Positions 9,386 to 17,962 of a DNA stretch of 55,976 nucleotides are shown here, piece after piece. The DNA comes from a virus. Lineage: Duplodnaviria > Caudoviricetes. Below the pieces are notes generated by a model. It did no database searches and was not told the DNA's origin. It worked only from the letters and a program-made list of their open reading frames with translations. The position numbers and the translations under genes are program-made. The stretch is from IMG/VR virus record IMGVR_UViG_3300043754_000130, positions 1 through 55,976 of that record; one strand, given 5' to 3'. How positions within the stretch are numbered: position 1 is the first letter of the stretch; the number at the start of each line of letters is the position of its first letter.

Positions 9386-10353
9386 GCGCGCCGGCCGATC
9401 ACGGTGTGGGTTCCGCCGCCCTTGCCGCCGCTGGACGTGCCCGGCGTGGTCGCGCCGCTGACCACCGCCACCGGCAGCGGGACGAACGGCTGGCCGCGGA
9501 AGTGGGCTTTGTTGTTGAACTTGTTGATGCAGGTCGAGAGCTGGAGGTCGCAGCCCTGCACGATGTTGAACGTGTCGCCAGGCGCCGGCGCAGCCGGGAA
9601 CGGCGCGATCAACGTCAGGTTTCCGGAGCCATCCTGCGTCTGGACCGAGCGCTGGACGCCCTTGTTCACCCCGGAGGTGAAGACGACGTAGCCGAAGTTG
9701 TAGACGCCGGCCGCCCCTGAGACGTTCGTCGGGAACGCCTGCGATGTGATCGTGCCCGACTTCACGGACGACGCGGTCGTGTAGTTGGCCGCGCTCAGCG
9801 TGCAGTTGGCGTCGCAGAAGGTGTTCAGGCAGCTCGCGCTGTAGAGATCGGCCGGGACCGAGGTGTCGAGCACTTCCTCCGGCGAGCAAATCACCACCGT
9901 CGCCTGCGTCTCACCGACGTCCTGGGCGGCCGAATAGCGGCCCAGGAACCGGATGAACGAGCCGACCGCGGCGCCGCCGTACATGTCGATCCAGGAGGCT
10001 GCCCAGATCCGGTCGACCCGGATGATCGCGCCATCGAAGCCCTCGTTCAGGATGAACGTGGCCATCTGGGATCCGGAGATCAGGGTGTTGTCGTCATAGT
10101 AGAAATCGACGGTGAGCTGATCGGTGTTGACCCCGACCTTCTGGTTCAGTCCCTTGTCCTCGATCCTCGGTCCGCAGATAAACGTGGTCCCGCCGCTGGC
10201 CGACTGCGACGACGCGTTCCAGGTTATCGGCTGGTCCGACGACGTCCAGTAGAGCGTCGCCCCGCCAAGTAGCGTTACGGTGTAGAGGTCCGCGTAGACG
10301 CGCGTGTAATTGTTCAGCAGAAACTGCTGAAGCGCTGCCGTGCTGTTTTTCAT
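9382..10353 (-). CDS. DUF2163/BR0599 baseplate hub protein (GTA g13-like)
   Basis: CLNTFCDANC and GCDLQLSTCINKFNNKAHFRGQPFVP motifs. Confidence 0.9.
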   Translation of the reverse strand: MKNSTAALQQFLLNNYTRVYADLYTVTLLGGATLYWTSSDQPITWNASSQSASGGTTFICGPRIEDKGLNQKVGVNTDQLTVDFYYDDNTLISGSQMATFILNEGFDGAIIRVDRIWAASWIDMYGGAAVGSFIRFLGRYSAAQDVGETQATVVICSPEEVLDTSVPADLYSASCLNTFCDANCTLSAANYTTASSVKSGTITSQAFPTNVSGAAGVYNFGYVVFTSGVNKGVQRSVQTQDGSGNLTLIAPFPAAPAPGDTFNIVQGCDLQLSTCINKFNNKAHFRGQPFVPLPVAVVSGATTPGTSSGGKGGGTHTVIGRRA

Positions 10354-10356
10354 GGG

Positions 10357-11049
10357 TCAGGGCTTCAGCGAAACGAAGGTCAGGCCCTTGCTCTGGGTCC
10401 AGAGCAGCGAGGCGAGCTGGACGAGCTCGAGGTCGTCCTGGTCGAACCGGCAGACATAGAGCGGGCATCCAGTCCAGGTGATCGTCTGGCCGTTGGCCGG
10501 AGCCGTGTTGAACGTCAGCAGGCCCCACGGCGAGATCGTGTAGGTGGTCGGGGACTGGACGACGCCGCCGACGGACACCGAGAGCGGGTTGACGCCGCTT
10601 ACGCCGCCCGAGGGGTTCCAGACCGCATAGACCGGCTCGGTCGTGGCGTATGGCGTCGTGACGCCGCGCGTGCGCAGGAGTTGGAAGGTCGTCTGCGAGC
10701 CGTTGCCGACCCCGAGGCCGATACCGGCGACCTGCTGGTCCTCGGGGTCGTAGTAGTAAAAGAACCCGTATTTCCCCTGACGCCCATTGAAAAACGCAAT
10801 CAGGCTTTCGAGTTCCTGCCAGCCGGTAAGGTTCCGCAAGAACTCGTGCGTGATCTTGAACTCGTAGAGCGGGGCCGACCAGTATGCCTCGCGCACCTCT
10901 CGACCCGACGCCGCCCGCTTGACCCCCGTCGAGAACGTCGGGCTTTTCGAGGCGACGAACTCCTCGCCCGGCAGCAGCGGGAAGACCTCAGTGTCGTTGT
11001 AGATCGGGTTGGTCGTGACGACGCCGCGGTCTGGCGAGTAGTAGGTCAT
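10357..11049 (-). CDS. DUF2460 distal tail protein (GTA g12-like)
   Basis: PTFSTGVKRAASGRE, LIAFFNGRQG, GNGSQTTFQL and CRFDQD motifs; follows the tape measure gene. Confidence 0.9.
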   Translation of the reverse strand: MTYYSPDRGVVTTNPIYNDTEVFPLLPGEEFVASKSPTFSTGVKRAASGREVREAYWSAPLYEFKITHEFLRNLTGWQELESLIAFFNGRQGKYGFFYYYDPEDQQVAGIGLGVGNGSQTTFQLLRTRGVTTPYATTEPVYAVWNPSGGVSGVNPLSVSVGGVVQSPTTYTISPWGLLTFNTAPANGQTITWTGCPLYVCRFDQDDLELVQLASLLWTQSKGLTFVSLKP

Positions 11050-13844
11050 GCGAAAGCCGCCCTGTTGGTCCGCGTGGCCCGATGGAGCGACTTGGCCATC
11101 TTGTCGGCGTGCTGGTCGAAGAACCGCTGCACGCTCTTCCCGTCGAGCGCTGAGACGTGGAGGGCCGGAGCCGCGCCGCCTTGCGCGCCGCCAGGCGTGA
11201 AGGGCGTCACGGCCGAAAGGGGAGCCGCCGCCGCCGCGGCCAGGTTCGCGCTCGGCGCCGAGTAGGAGGAGATGATCGAGCGCAGCGGCGAGGCGATCGA
11301 CGCCGGCAGGATCATTTCGTCTTTGTGGACCTGAGCGATCTGGTCCTCGGGGATCTGGCCCCAGCCGCCGGCCGCCGATGCCATCGGCCCGAACATGCCG
11401 AGCACCTGGGCGTAAGTCGCTGCACCGTCGGCGATAGCGAGCTCGGGGCCGATGATCGGGATGCCAGCGACCGCCGCAGCCGCCGCCGAGCCCGCCACGG
11501 CGGCGTTGGAGTTCACGAGCGCCACGTTGGTGGTCGCTGTCGTCGCGACCGCCTCCGCGCCGGTGACCATTTGGATCGCCTTGCGGATTGCCGTCTGGGC
11601 GTTGGTGACGCCAGTCTTCATCGCCTCAGCGGCGATCCAGTGCACGACCTGCTTCTCGACCATCTGCAGGAAGCTATCGAGCACGCCGTCGAGCACCTTG
11701 TAGAAGGCGGACTGCCAGGTCGTAGTCCCCTTGATCAGGCCCTCCATGGTCGTGCGCCACTCGTCGCCGATCCGGGTGGCCATCCTCTCGAAGGTCGAGA
11801 CGGCTTGGTTCTGCTGGCTTTGCAGGAGGGTCTGGTACTGCTTGTCGGCGGCGACCTGCGAGGCGCTCACCGACTTCTCGAAGGCGGTTTCGGCCGCCAG
11901 CTTGTCGTCGAGGGCCTTCTGATACTCGGTCGTGCCCGGCGCGTACTGCGCCATCGTGGCGTTATCGAGGGCCACGCGCGCGGCGAGGATCTTCTGAGCG
12001 GCCGCGCGCTCGTCGGCGACCTCTTGATCGAGAAGCGCCCGGACTTTCGCGGCGACCTCCTGGCGGGAGATCAGCCCTTCCTTGCCCGCATCCTCGATGG
12101 AGCTGATCTGCGTTTCGATCGCCGCCTTCTGCGCGGCCAACTGCTCGGTGGCCGCCGCTTCGACGGTCTGGGTCTGCTCGCGCGCGGAGTCGGTGACGGC
12201 CTGGGCGTTCTGCTTCAGCAGCGCGTTCTTGGCCTCGGCGAGCTTGCGCTCGACCTCTTCGCGCTCCTTGGCCGACAAGGTCTCGGTGTCGAGGATGGTC
12301 TGCCAGTAAGCGGCCGCGTCCTGATCCTTGTTCAGGACCACGCCGCCGAGGTCGTTGGAGTTCTGAACCTCGGTCTGGTCGAACTGCGTCTGCCAGTCGC
12401 CGACGCGGCTCGGGTCCTGCTTGGGCTTCCTGTAGTCGGCGCGGTCGATCCGGCGGCGCAGCGCGTCGTCGTACTTGGCCTCGTTGGCGAAATAGTCCTG
12501 GGCCTCAGCGTCGCCCGGGTTCGCCGCCAGGCGCTTGGCCATCTCGTCGTGCAGCGACTTGACCGCAAGCGCAGCCTGTTCGGCGGAGGACTTCAGGCTC
12601 AGGAAGGTCTGGTGCGACTTCTCATAGGCGTCGTTGGCCGCTGCTTGCAGGCGGGTGCCGTCAGCCTCAGCCTGCGCGAACCAACCGGCCGCCTGCGTAA
12701 CCCCGACAAGCAAGTCGCGCCGCTGCGTCAGGCTCGCGATTTCCTGGTCGTTCTTCGCCTGCTCGGCGCTAGAGGCTGGCGGGTTTTGCTGCAGGTGCGC
12801 GATCTGCGCGTTGATTTCCGCGATCTGCTGGGCGTCCGACAATTGCCGCGCGCCGATGCCGACTTGGAACGCCTGCACCGTCGCGTCCCAGGCGTTCCCG
12901 AGCGTGCGGACCAAGGCGGTGAGGCCGGTGACGCTGGTGCTTTGCTGGTCGAGCCAGTGGGTCAGATCCTTGACCGCCTCGGCGGTCGCGCCTTCCTTGT
13001 CGCCCTGCTCCTCCAGCAGCCGGATGTGCTCGACCTGAGCGAGGCTGAAGGCGTGGTAGGTCGCGTCGAACTCCTGGACGTAGCGCGACGGGGCGTCAGC
13101 GAGCTTGATCCAGCCCTTCTGGACTTCGTCCGTCTTCTGGCCGGTCAGGTCGGCGAATTTCTGGGTGTCGCTCCCAAGCTGGCTCAGCTCGGCGCTGGTG
13201 AAGCGGCCGCTCGCCACCAACTGCTGGAGAATGTCGCGGGCGTGGCCGACGCCGACGTTGCTCGAGGCGGCCATACGCTGGGCCATTTCCTCGAACTGGC
13301 TTGCGGTGACGCCGGCGAAGTTCCCGGTCGACGAGATCGACTTCTGGAACCGGTCGACCTCGCCCTCGACGCTGGCGAAAGCGGCCACGACCGCGCCGAT
13401 GGCTCCGGCGACCGCCGCAAAGCCCCAGGTCACCGGGTTCGCGAGCACCGCACCCAGCGCCTGCCAGCGCTCGGCCAGGACCAGCACGGATCCGCCGAGA
13501 CGGCTGAAGCGGCCCGTCGCCGCCTCGTGGGCCATGACGATCAACTCGCGGCGCAGGCCGGTCGACGAATGCGCCGCCTGGTTCATCGCGTCCGTCGCGC
13601 CGCGCATCCCGCTCGCGATGCCGGCGCCTGCCGAGCGCGCTGCCGATGACGTCGACTCGATCGCCGCCGTGACCTGGCGAAAACCGCTCGCCATGGTTGC
13701 GGTCTGCTGGCGCGAGGCGTCGGCCATCTGCTGGAGATAGCTGCGCAGGCTGGTGACTGCCCCCTTCGCTTCGTCCGCGCCGGACTGCACGCCCGAGGCG
13801 TCGGCGCCGAACTTGATCTCCAGATCGTTGTCGGCCAAGGTCAC
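11046..13844 (-). CDS. Tail tape measure protein
   Basis: 932-aa Ala-rich helical protein, lambda-like TGNFAGVT motif, C-terminal AQVHKDEMILPA; canonical position. Confidence 0.92.
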   Translation of the reverse strand: MTLADNDLEIKFGADASGVQSGADEAKGAVTSLRSYLQQMADASRQQTATMASGFRQVTAAIESTSSAARSAGAGIASGMRGATDAMNQAAHSSTGLRRELIVMAHEAATGRFSRLGGSVLVLAERWQALGAVLANPVTWGFAAVAGAIGAVVAAFASVEGEVDRFQKSISSTGNFAGVTASQFEEMAQRMAASSNVGVGHARDILQQLVASGRFTSAELSQLGSDTQKFADLTGQKTDEVQKGWIKLADAPSRYVQEFDATYHAFSLAQVEHIRLLEEQGDKEGATAEAVKDLTHWLDQQSTSVTGLTALVRTLGNAWDATVQAFQVGIGARQLSDAQQIAEINAQIAHLQQNPPASSAEQAKNDQEIASLTQRRDLLVGVTQAAGWFAQAEADGTRLQAAANDAYEKSHQTFLSLKSSAEQAALAVKSLHDEMAKRLAANPGDAEAQDYFANEAKYDDALRRRIDRADYRKPKQDPSRVGDWQTQFDQTEVQNSNDLGGVVLNKDQDAAAYWQTILDTETLSAKEREEVERKLAEAKNALLKQNAQAVTDSAREQTQTVEAAATEQLAAQKAAIETQISSIEDAGKEGLISRQEVAAKVRALLDQEVADERAAAQKILAARVALDNATMAQYAPGTTEYQKALDDKLAAETAFEKSVSASQVAADKQYQTLLQSQQNQAVSTFERMATRIGDEWRTTMEGLIKGTTTWQSAFYKVLDGVLDSFLQMVEKQVVHWIAAEAMKTGVTNAQTAIRKAIQMVTGAEAVATTATTNVALVNSNAAVAGSAAAAAVAGIPIIGPELAIADGAATYAQVLGMFGPMASAAGGWGQIPEDQIAQVHKDEMILPASIASPLRSIISSYSAPSANLAAAAAAPLSAVTPFTPGGAQGGAAPALHVSALDGKSVQRFFDQHADKMAKSLHRATRTNRAAFA

Positions 13845-13870
13845 GCCCTCAGGGGTAGTGGGGAAAGCAG

Positions 13871-14248
13871 ATGAAGCTCGTCGTGGCGGCGCTCGGCGCC
13901 GTTGTGCTCGCGGCGTCGGCCGCCTTGGCAGCTGCGCCGGCGCCCGATCCGTCGCAGTTCACGGTCGGGACTTCGACGATCAGCGACGTCGAGGCGGTCT
14001 ATGGCCAGCCTACGACCCAGTCGGTGGTGTCGACCGGAGATCGGGTGCTGATCTACGCCACCAGCCATGCCCATGTGAAAGCCGTGACCTTCGTCCCGGT
14101 GGTCGGCCTCTTCGCAGGCGGCGCGAAGGCCTCGGCCCAGTCGATGAGCTTCGTGTTCGACAAGGACGGGAAGCTGAAGGCCTACTCGGGCCAGACCACC
14201 AACGTGGACTGCAGCTCGGCGATCATCAGCGCGACCTGCGGGCACTAG
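13871..14248 (+). CDS. Exported BamE/SmpA-like moron protein
   Basis: Opposite strand inside the tail operon; signal peptide; G-T-S-T-I-S-D-V-E-A-V-Y-G-Q-P and F-D-K-D-G-K-L motifs. Confidence 0.75.
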   Translation: MKLVVAALGAVVLAASAALAAAPAPDPSQFTVGTSTISDVEAVYGQPTTQSVVSTGDRVLIYATSHAHVKAVTFVPVVGLFAGGAKASAQSMSFVFDKDGKLKAYSGQTTNVDCSSAIISATCGH

Positions 14249-14538
14249 CCCCGGAACAGCGCCATCAGCTCATTCACCGACTCCGCGGCCCGCTTCGGCT
14301 TTTCCTTCTTTGAGCGCTTGGTCGGCTTGAACTTGAAGTATGCCGCGGCCCAGGCTGCGATCGGCGGACCTTCATCGGCCCAGCACTGCTGGATGGCGAG
14401 ATACCGCGGGAAGGTCCAGTCGCGCTCGACCGTTTCCCAGTCCGATGAACCGAGACCGACGAGGATCCGACAGATGAGCCTGTCGAAGTCCCCGTCGAAC
14501 TCGTCGTCTACGCGCTTTCGGCCGCCGCCGGAGCTTCC
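14245..14538 (-). CDS. Tail assembly chaperone gpT part (reached by -1 frameshift)
   Basis: The -1 frame is open from the slippery site to TAG at 14245-14247 (..WETVERDWTFPRYLAIQQCWADEGPPIAAWAAAYFKFKP..). It has no start codon of its own. Confidence 0.75.
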   Translation of the reverse strand, partial: GSSGGGRKRVDDEFDGDFDRLICRILVGLGSSDWETVERDWTFPRYLAIQQCWADEGPPIAAWAAAYFKFKPTKRSKKEKPKRAAESVNELMALFRG

Positions 14539-14855
14539 CCCGACTTGAAGCTGTTCTCCTCCATGATCGCGGGGAGAGCGAGTTGCAGGCCCACGATTTC
14601 GGAGGCGAGGATGTCCTCCTCGATCTGCTCGGCCGAGAGCCGGTCGGCCTCGTTTTCCGAGCGCGAGAGGGCGCAGGACACGAACTGGATCAGGTCGGAG
14701 ACGGCCTGCATCTCGGCCTCAGGGTCGGCGACCTCGCCCGCTTCGGGCTTGGGCGCATTCCTCACGCGGGCGAAGACGACCCAGGCCCTCTTCCAGGTCT
14801 TGAAGTTCATGGGGGCAGTCGAACGCTCGACGCCCCCGATCAGGATCTTAGCCAT
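14508..14855 (-). CDS. Tail assembly chaperone gpG
   Basis: Between tail tube and tape measure genes; carries GGGGGAA near its 3' end. Confidence 0.8.
   Translation of the reverse strand: MAKILIGGVERSTAPMNFKTWKRAWVVFARVRNAPKPEAGEVADPEAEMQAVSDLIQFVSCALSRSENEADRLSAEQIEEDILASEIVGLQLALPAIMEENSFKSGEAPAAAESA
14535..14541 (-). other. Programmed -1 frameshift slippery site GGGGGAA
   Basis: TCG GGG GAA in the chaperone frame, with the -1 frame open for 97 further codons. Confidence 0.75.
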
Positions 14856-14899
14856 GTCGTCTCTTCAGGTTGTGTGGGAACCGTCAGCAGCCGTCAGGC

Positions 14900-15649
14900 T
14901 CAGCTCGACATCGAGATGAAGCCGACCTGGCCGGCGGCGTTGGTCTGGGCCTGCCACTCGATGTCGGTCTGCATGAAGTCGTCGGCCTTCAGCGGCATCG
15001 ACAGCTTCGACGCCGTGCAGGCGTATAGCGTCATCGTCAGGGTCTGGATCGACCCGTTGTTGTTGAAGCTGTCGCCTAGAGTGCACTGGAAGGTCGGGGC
15101 GAGGCCCATCAACTGGTTGTTGATGGCCAGCGTGTGGCCCGAGGCCGCGACGGTGTAGGTGTAGTTGATGAGGACGGCCACACCCTCGTCGGAGGCGCTG
15201 AAGGTGTAGACGCCGGTCGTGGAGTTGACCGAGTACTGGCCGGCGGTGGTCGGCGACACGACCTGCTTCAGCGGGAGCCCCGTGGCGGCGTAGACGACGC
15301 CCATGTCCTGCACGAAGGTCGCGCCGTTGGTGGCGGTGATGGTGTAGGCGGTCGAGGTCGGGACCGAATGCTGCTCGCCCTGAGCGAAGGCGGTCGATCC
15401 GGCAGTCACCGTCTGGCCGAAGAACACCTGATTGAACAGGTTGACGTCGAACTGGCCAGACGTGGCCTTGCACTGGATCTTCGACTTACCGCGAGCGACG
15501 GCCTGCGGGAAGGTGTACTGGCCGTTCATCTCCTTGATGTCGCCGCTGATGTCGACGGACACGTCCAGGAGCGAGGCGAACAGAAGCGGCGAGCCGCCGC
15601 CGACCGGCTGAACCGACAGGGCGCCGGTGCCGAAAATGTACTGACCCAT
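14900..15649 (-). CDS. Major tail (tube) protein
   Basis: MGQYIFGTG, LLDVSVDISGDIKEMNGQYTFP..VARGK pattern; position; inserted Ig-like module. Confidence 0.85.
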   Translation of the reverse strand: MGQYIFGTGALSVQPVGGGSPLLFASLLDVSVDISGDIKEMNGQYTFPQAVARGKSKIQCKATSGQFDVNLFNQVFFGQTVTAGSTAFAQGEQHSVPTSTAYTITATNGATFVQDMGVVYAATGLPLKQVVSPTTAGQYSVNSTTGVYTFSASDEGVAVLINYTYTVAASGHTLAINNQLMGLAPTFQCTLGDSFNNNGSIQTLTMTLYACTASKLSMPLKADDFMQTDIEWQAQTNAAGQVGFISMSS

Positions 15650-15652
15650 GGT

Positions 15653-15862
15653 TCAGATCTCCAAGGCGAGAGCGGACGCCAGAGCGGGGAGCTGGGCGTT
15701 CAGGTGGTTGATGGCGTCGGTCGATCGGGAGACCGGGGAGCTGTAGATCCGCTCGACCATCCAGCGGTCGATGACGGCGGTGATGGCGGCGAGCTTGGCG
15801 TCGGGCGCTTCGGCCACAGGCTCGAGCGCCGCGACTTGCGCCCCGGTTTCGGCGTCGATCAT
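15653..15862 (-). CDS. Hypothetical protein
   Basis: 69-aa ORF filling the operon gap, with GAGG RBS. Confidence 0.65.
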   Translation of the reverse strand: MIDAETGAQVAALEPVAEAPDAKLAAITAVIDRWMVERIYSSPVSRSTDAINHLNAQLPALASALALEI

Positions 15863-15872
15863 GTCGGAGACC

Positions 15873-16334
15873 TCAGGGGATCAGCAGGGTGATCGGCACG
15901 ATGAACAGCGCCTGGCCGTCGAGGTCGCCGGACTCGCGGAACACCTTGCCGTTGATGAAGCAGTGGTGGACGAGGCCGCCCAGCGTCTGCCGGTATCCGG
16001 GGTTGTTCGGATAGGGCGTGATCGCCGCCCCGATCGCATCGAGCAGGTTGTTCGTCGTGGTGGACGGAACCGCGCTCGGGTCGTTGCCGGCCGTGTGGTA
16101 GAGCAGCCAGGACGCCGAGAAGGTGCGCTTGTATGGCAGATTGGTCTGCTGCGCGTAGGTCTCGCCGTGCTCGGCCTGGCAGAGCGCCGGCTGGGCCGGG
16201 AGGTCGCCGAACAGCTTGACCCGGCGCGAGGTGAACAGCAGCGTCTCGCCGCCGGCGCCAGTGATCTTGCCGGGTTGCCCCTCCCCTTGGCTCACCAGGG
16301 CGAACAGGGCCGAATAGATCGCTTCCCGGCTCAT
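15873..16334 (-). CDS. Tail terminator/completion protein
   Basis: Start MSREAIYSALF (ATGA overlap); QTLGGLVHHCFI..GDLDGQALFIVPI pattern; position. Confidence 0.75.
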   Translation of the reverse strand: MSREAIYSALFALVSQGEGQPGKITGAGGETLLFTSRRVKLFGDLPAQPALCQAEHGETYAQQTNLPYKRTFSASWLLYHTAGNDPSAVPSTTTNNLLDAIGAAITPYPNNPGYRQTLGGLVHHCFINGKVFRESGDLDGQALFIVPITLLIP

Positions 16335-16819
16335 TCCGCCGCCCACGCCTGTGCAGGCGCCTCCCGGTAGGTCTGGATGATCCGCTCCTTCCAATCGGCG
16401 AGCGTGCTGCGCAGGAAGGACCGCTCCGGCATCTTCGAGCCAGGGTGGTGCACGACCTTGGCGAAGACCTGCTTGCCGCCAATCATGAAGGCGAGAGCTT
16501 TGGCCTTGTCCGGGACGATGTCGTGGGGCGGCGTCGTGCCGCCATATTCGTGAATGGCCGCGTACTTGACGTCGCCGGCGCTGAAGACGCGGCCGGTGAC
16601 GCTCAGGGCCGTCGAGGTCACCTCTTCCTGGATCGACCGGGCCAGATTGCCGGAGCGCTGGTTCAGCACTTGGCCGTGGAGCTTCTGGCTGACGACGTAG
16701 CCCTGCATGTCGACGGCGAGGCCCTGCGTCTTCTGGAGCAGGACCGCCTTGAACGCGATCGGCATCTCGTCGAAGCGCTGGATGAGCTCCCGGTCGCCGG
16801 CGACCTTGACAGTGATCAT
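16331..16819 (-). CDS. Neck/virion morphogenesis protein (HK97 gp10/Mu gpG-like)
   Basis: RSGNLARSI, YAAIHEYGG and HPGSKMPERSFLR motifs. Confidence 0.85.
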   Translation of the reverse strand: MITVKVAGDRELIQRFDEMPIAFKAVLLQKTQGLAVDMQGYVVSQKLHGQVLNQRSGNLARSIQEEVTSTALSVTGRVFSAGDVKYAAIHEYGGTTPPHDIVPDKAKALAFMIGGKQVFAKVVHHPGSKMPERSFLRSTLADWKERIIQTYREAPAQAWAAE

Positions 16820-16823
16820 CGCC

Positions 16824-17648
16824 CTAGACCGGCAGAACCTTGGCGTAAGGCTGGAGCTGCGCCTTGATGTAGCCTGGGATGTCGGAGAGGTCGTAGGAGG
16901 CCGTCTCCTGGCCGCCGAGGCTCTTGGTCTTCTGGCCGATGCGGTCGCGGTAGCGGAAGCGCTCTGAGACCCAGTTGATGCAGGCGTCCTCGAGGTCCGC
17001 CGGCGTGAAGCTGTAGCTGAGCAGGACCGCTTGGCCGACGTCCGCCGCGTTGAAGGTGTAGACGCCGTCGGCGACGCTGTACTGGCCCTGCGCAGGGCTT
17101 GAGACCACGGCGGCGAGCGCCGAACCGTTGGCGTAGGTGACGCCGCCGTCGGCCGCCCACGGGCCGATGAGTTGGCTGGCGGTGACCTGATAAGCCTCGC
17201 CGACCTGGGCGACTGTCTGCGCCTCGCCAGCGACGAGATAGCCCGCTGTGTAGGCGATCGACACGTTCAGCCTGCCGCAGCGGAACTTGTGGCCGATGAG
17301 CTCGACTGGCTGCTGGCTGCCGGGGCCGAAGCCATCCCACGCCTCGAAGCGCCAGCCGGCCACCTGCGAGTTCTGGCCGATCTGCATGACCGACTCGGGA
17401 ATGACCTGGCCGTCGACCACGACCTGCGAGACCGCCGTCACCGGCCAGTTGTCGAGGAACTCATGCGAGCCTCCCGCCCCGTCCGTGACGTCGGTGTAGG
17501 TCTGCGAGATCAGGCTCGGCCGCTGGAGGTAGTTCAGGATCATGCGGCTGCACTGGCTGATCAGCCGCTGCAGGACCGCGTCGGTGTTGGTCTGGGTGAC
17601 GCCCAACCACGCCTTGACGTTGGTGAGCGTGGTCAGGTCGCCCTGCAC
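16824..17648 (-). CDS. Head-tail adaptor protein with inserted Ig-like module
   Basis: DLTTLTNVKAWLG..DAVLQRLI, YTAGY, PADLEDAC motifs; GTG start. Confidence 0.85.
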   Translation of the reverse strand: MQGDLTTLTNVKAWLGVTQTNTDAVLQRLISQCSRMILNYLQRPSLISQTYTDVTDGAGGSHEFLDNWPVTAVSQVVVDGQVIPESVMQIGQNSQVAGWRFEAWDGFGPGSQQPVELIGHKFRCGRLNVSIAYTAGYLVAGEAQTVAQVGEAYQVTASQLIGPWAADGGVTYANGSALAAVVSSPAQGQYSVADGVYTFNAADVGQAVLLSYSFTPADLEDACINWVSERFRYRDRIGQKTKSLGGQETASYDLSDIPGYIKAQLQPYAKVLPV

Positions 17649-17650
17649 GG

Positions 17651-17899
17651 CTACTTGCCCTTGCCCTTCGGGGCTTCAGCGGCCGCGGGCTCGTCGGCTT
17701 CGGATTCCGCTTCGGGGGCGGCTTCCGGCGCCTCGACCTCGCCGATCTGACCGCAGGGCATGAAGCCGTGGGACATCAGATCGTCAGCGGCCTCGAACGG
17801 CACGGCGATCTCGCCGTCCGCGTTGGCCTCGAAAGTCTGGCCGCGCCAGGAGGCAGAGCCGCCTTGGCCGTCGCTCATCTTGAGGAGAAGTTCGGCCAT
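17651..17899 (-). CDS. Small head-associated protein
   Basis: GGAGG RBS before ATG 17899; follows the capsid gene; acidic then Lys-rich tail. Confidence 0.7.
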   Translation of the reverse strand: MAELLLKMSDGQGGSASWRGQTFEANADGEIAVPFEAADDLMSHGFMPCGQIGEVEAPEAAPEAESEADEPAAAEAPKGKGK

Positions 17900-17913
17900 C
17901 AGGCCCTCCAATG

Positions 17914-17944
17914 AAAAGCCCCGCGCCATCACCGGCGCGGGGCT
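17914..17944 (-). terminator. Intrinsic terminator after the major capsid gene
   Basis: AGCCCCGCGCC-loop-GGCGCGGGGCT followed by TTT on the minus strand. Confidence 0.75.
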
Positions 17945-17962
17945 GCATCAGAACAGACGACT

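Noticed and set aside
9382-11049. Gene transfer agent cluster
   Set aside because: The tail genes are GTA-like, but the element has its own replication, immunity, integration and lysis modules, so it is a phage.
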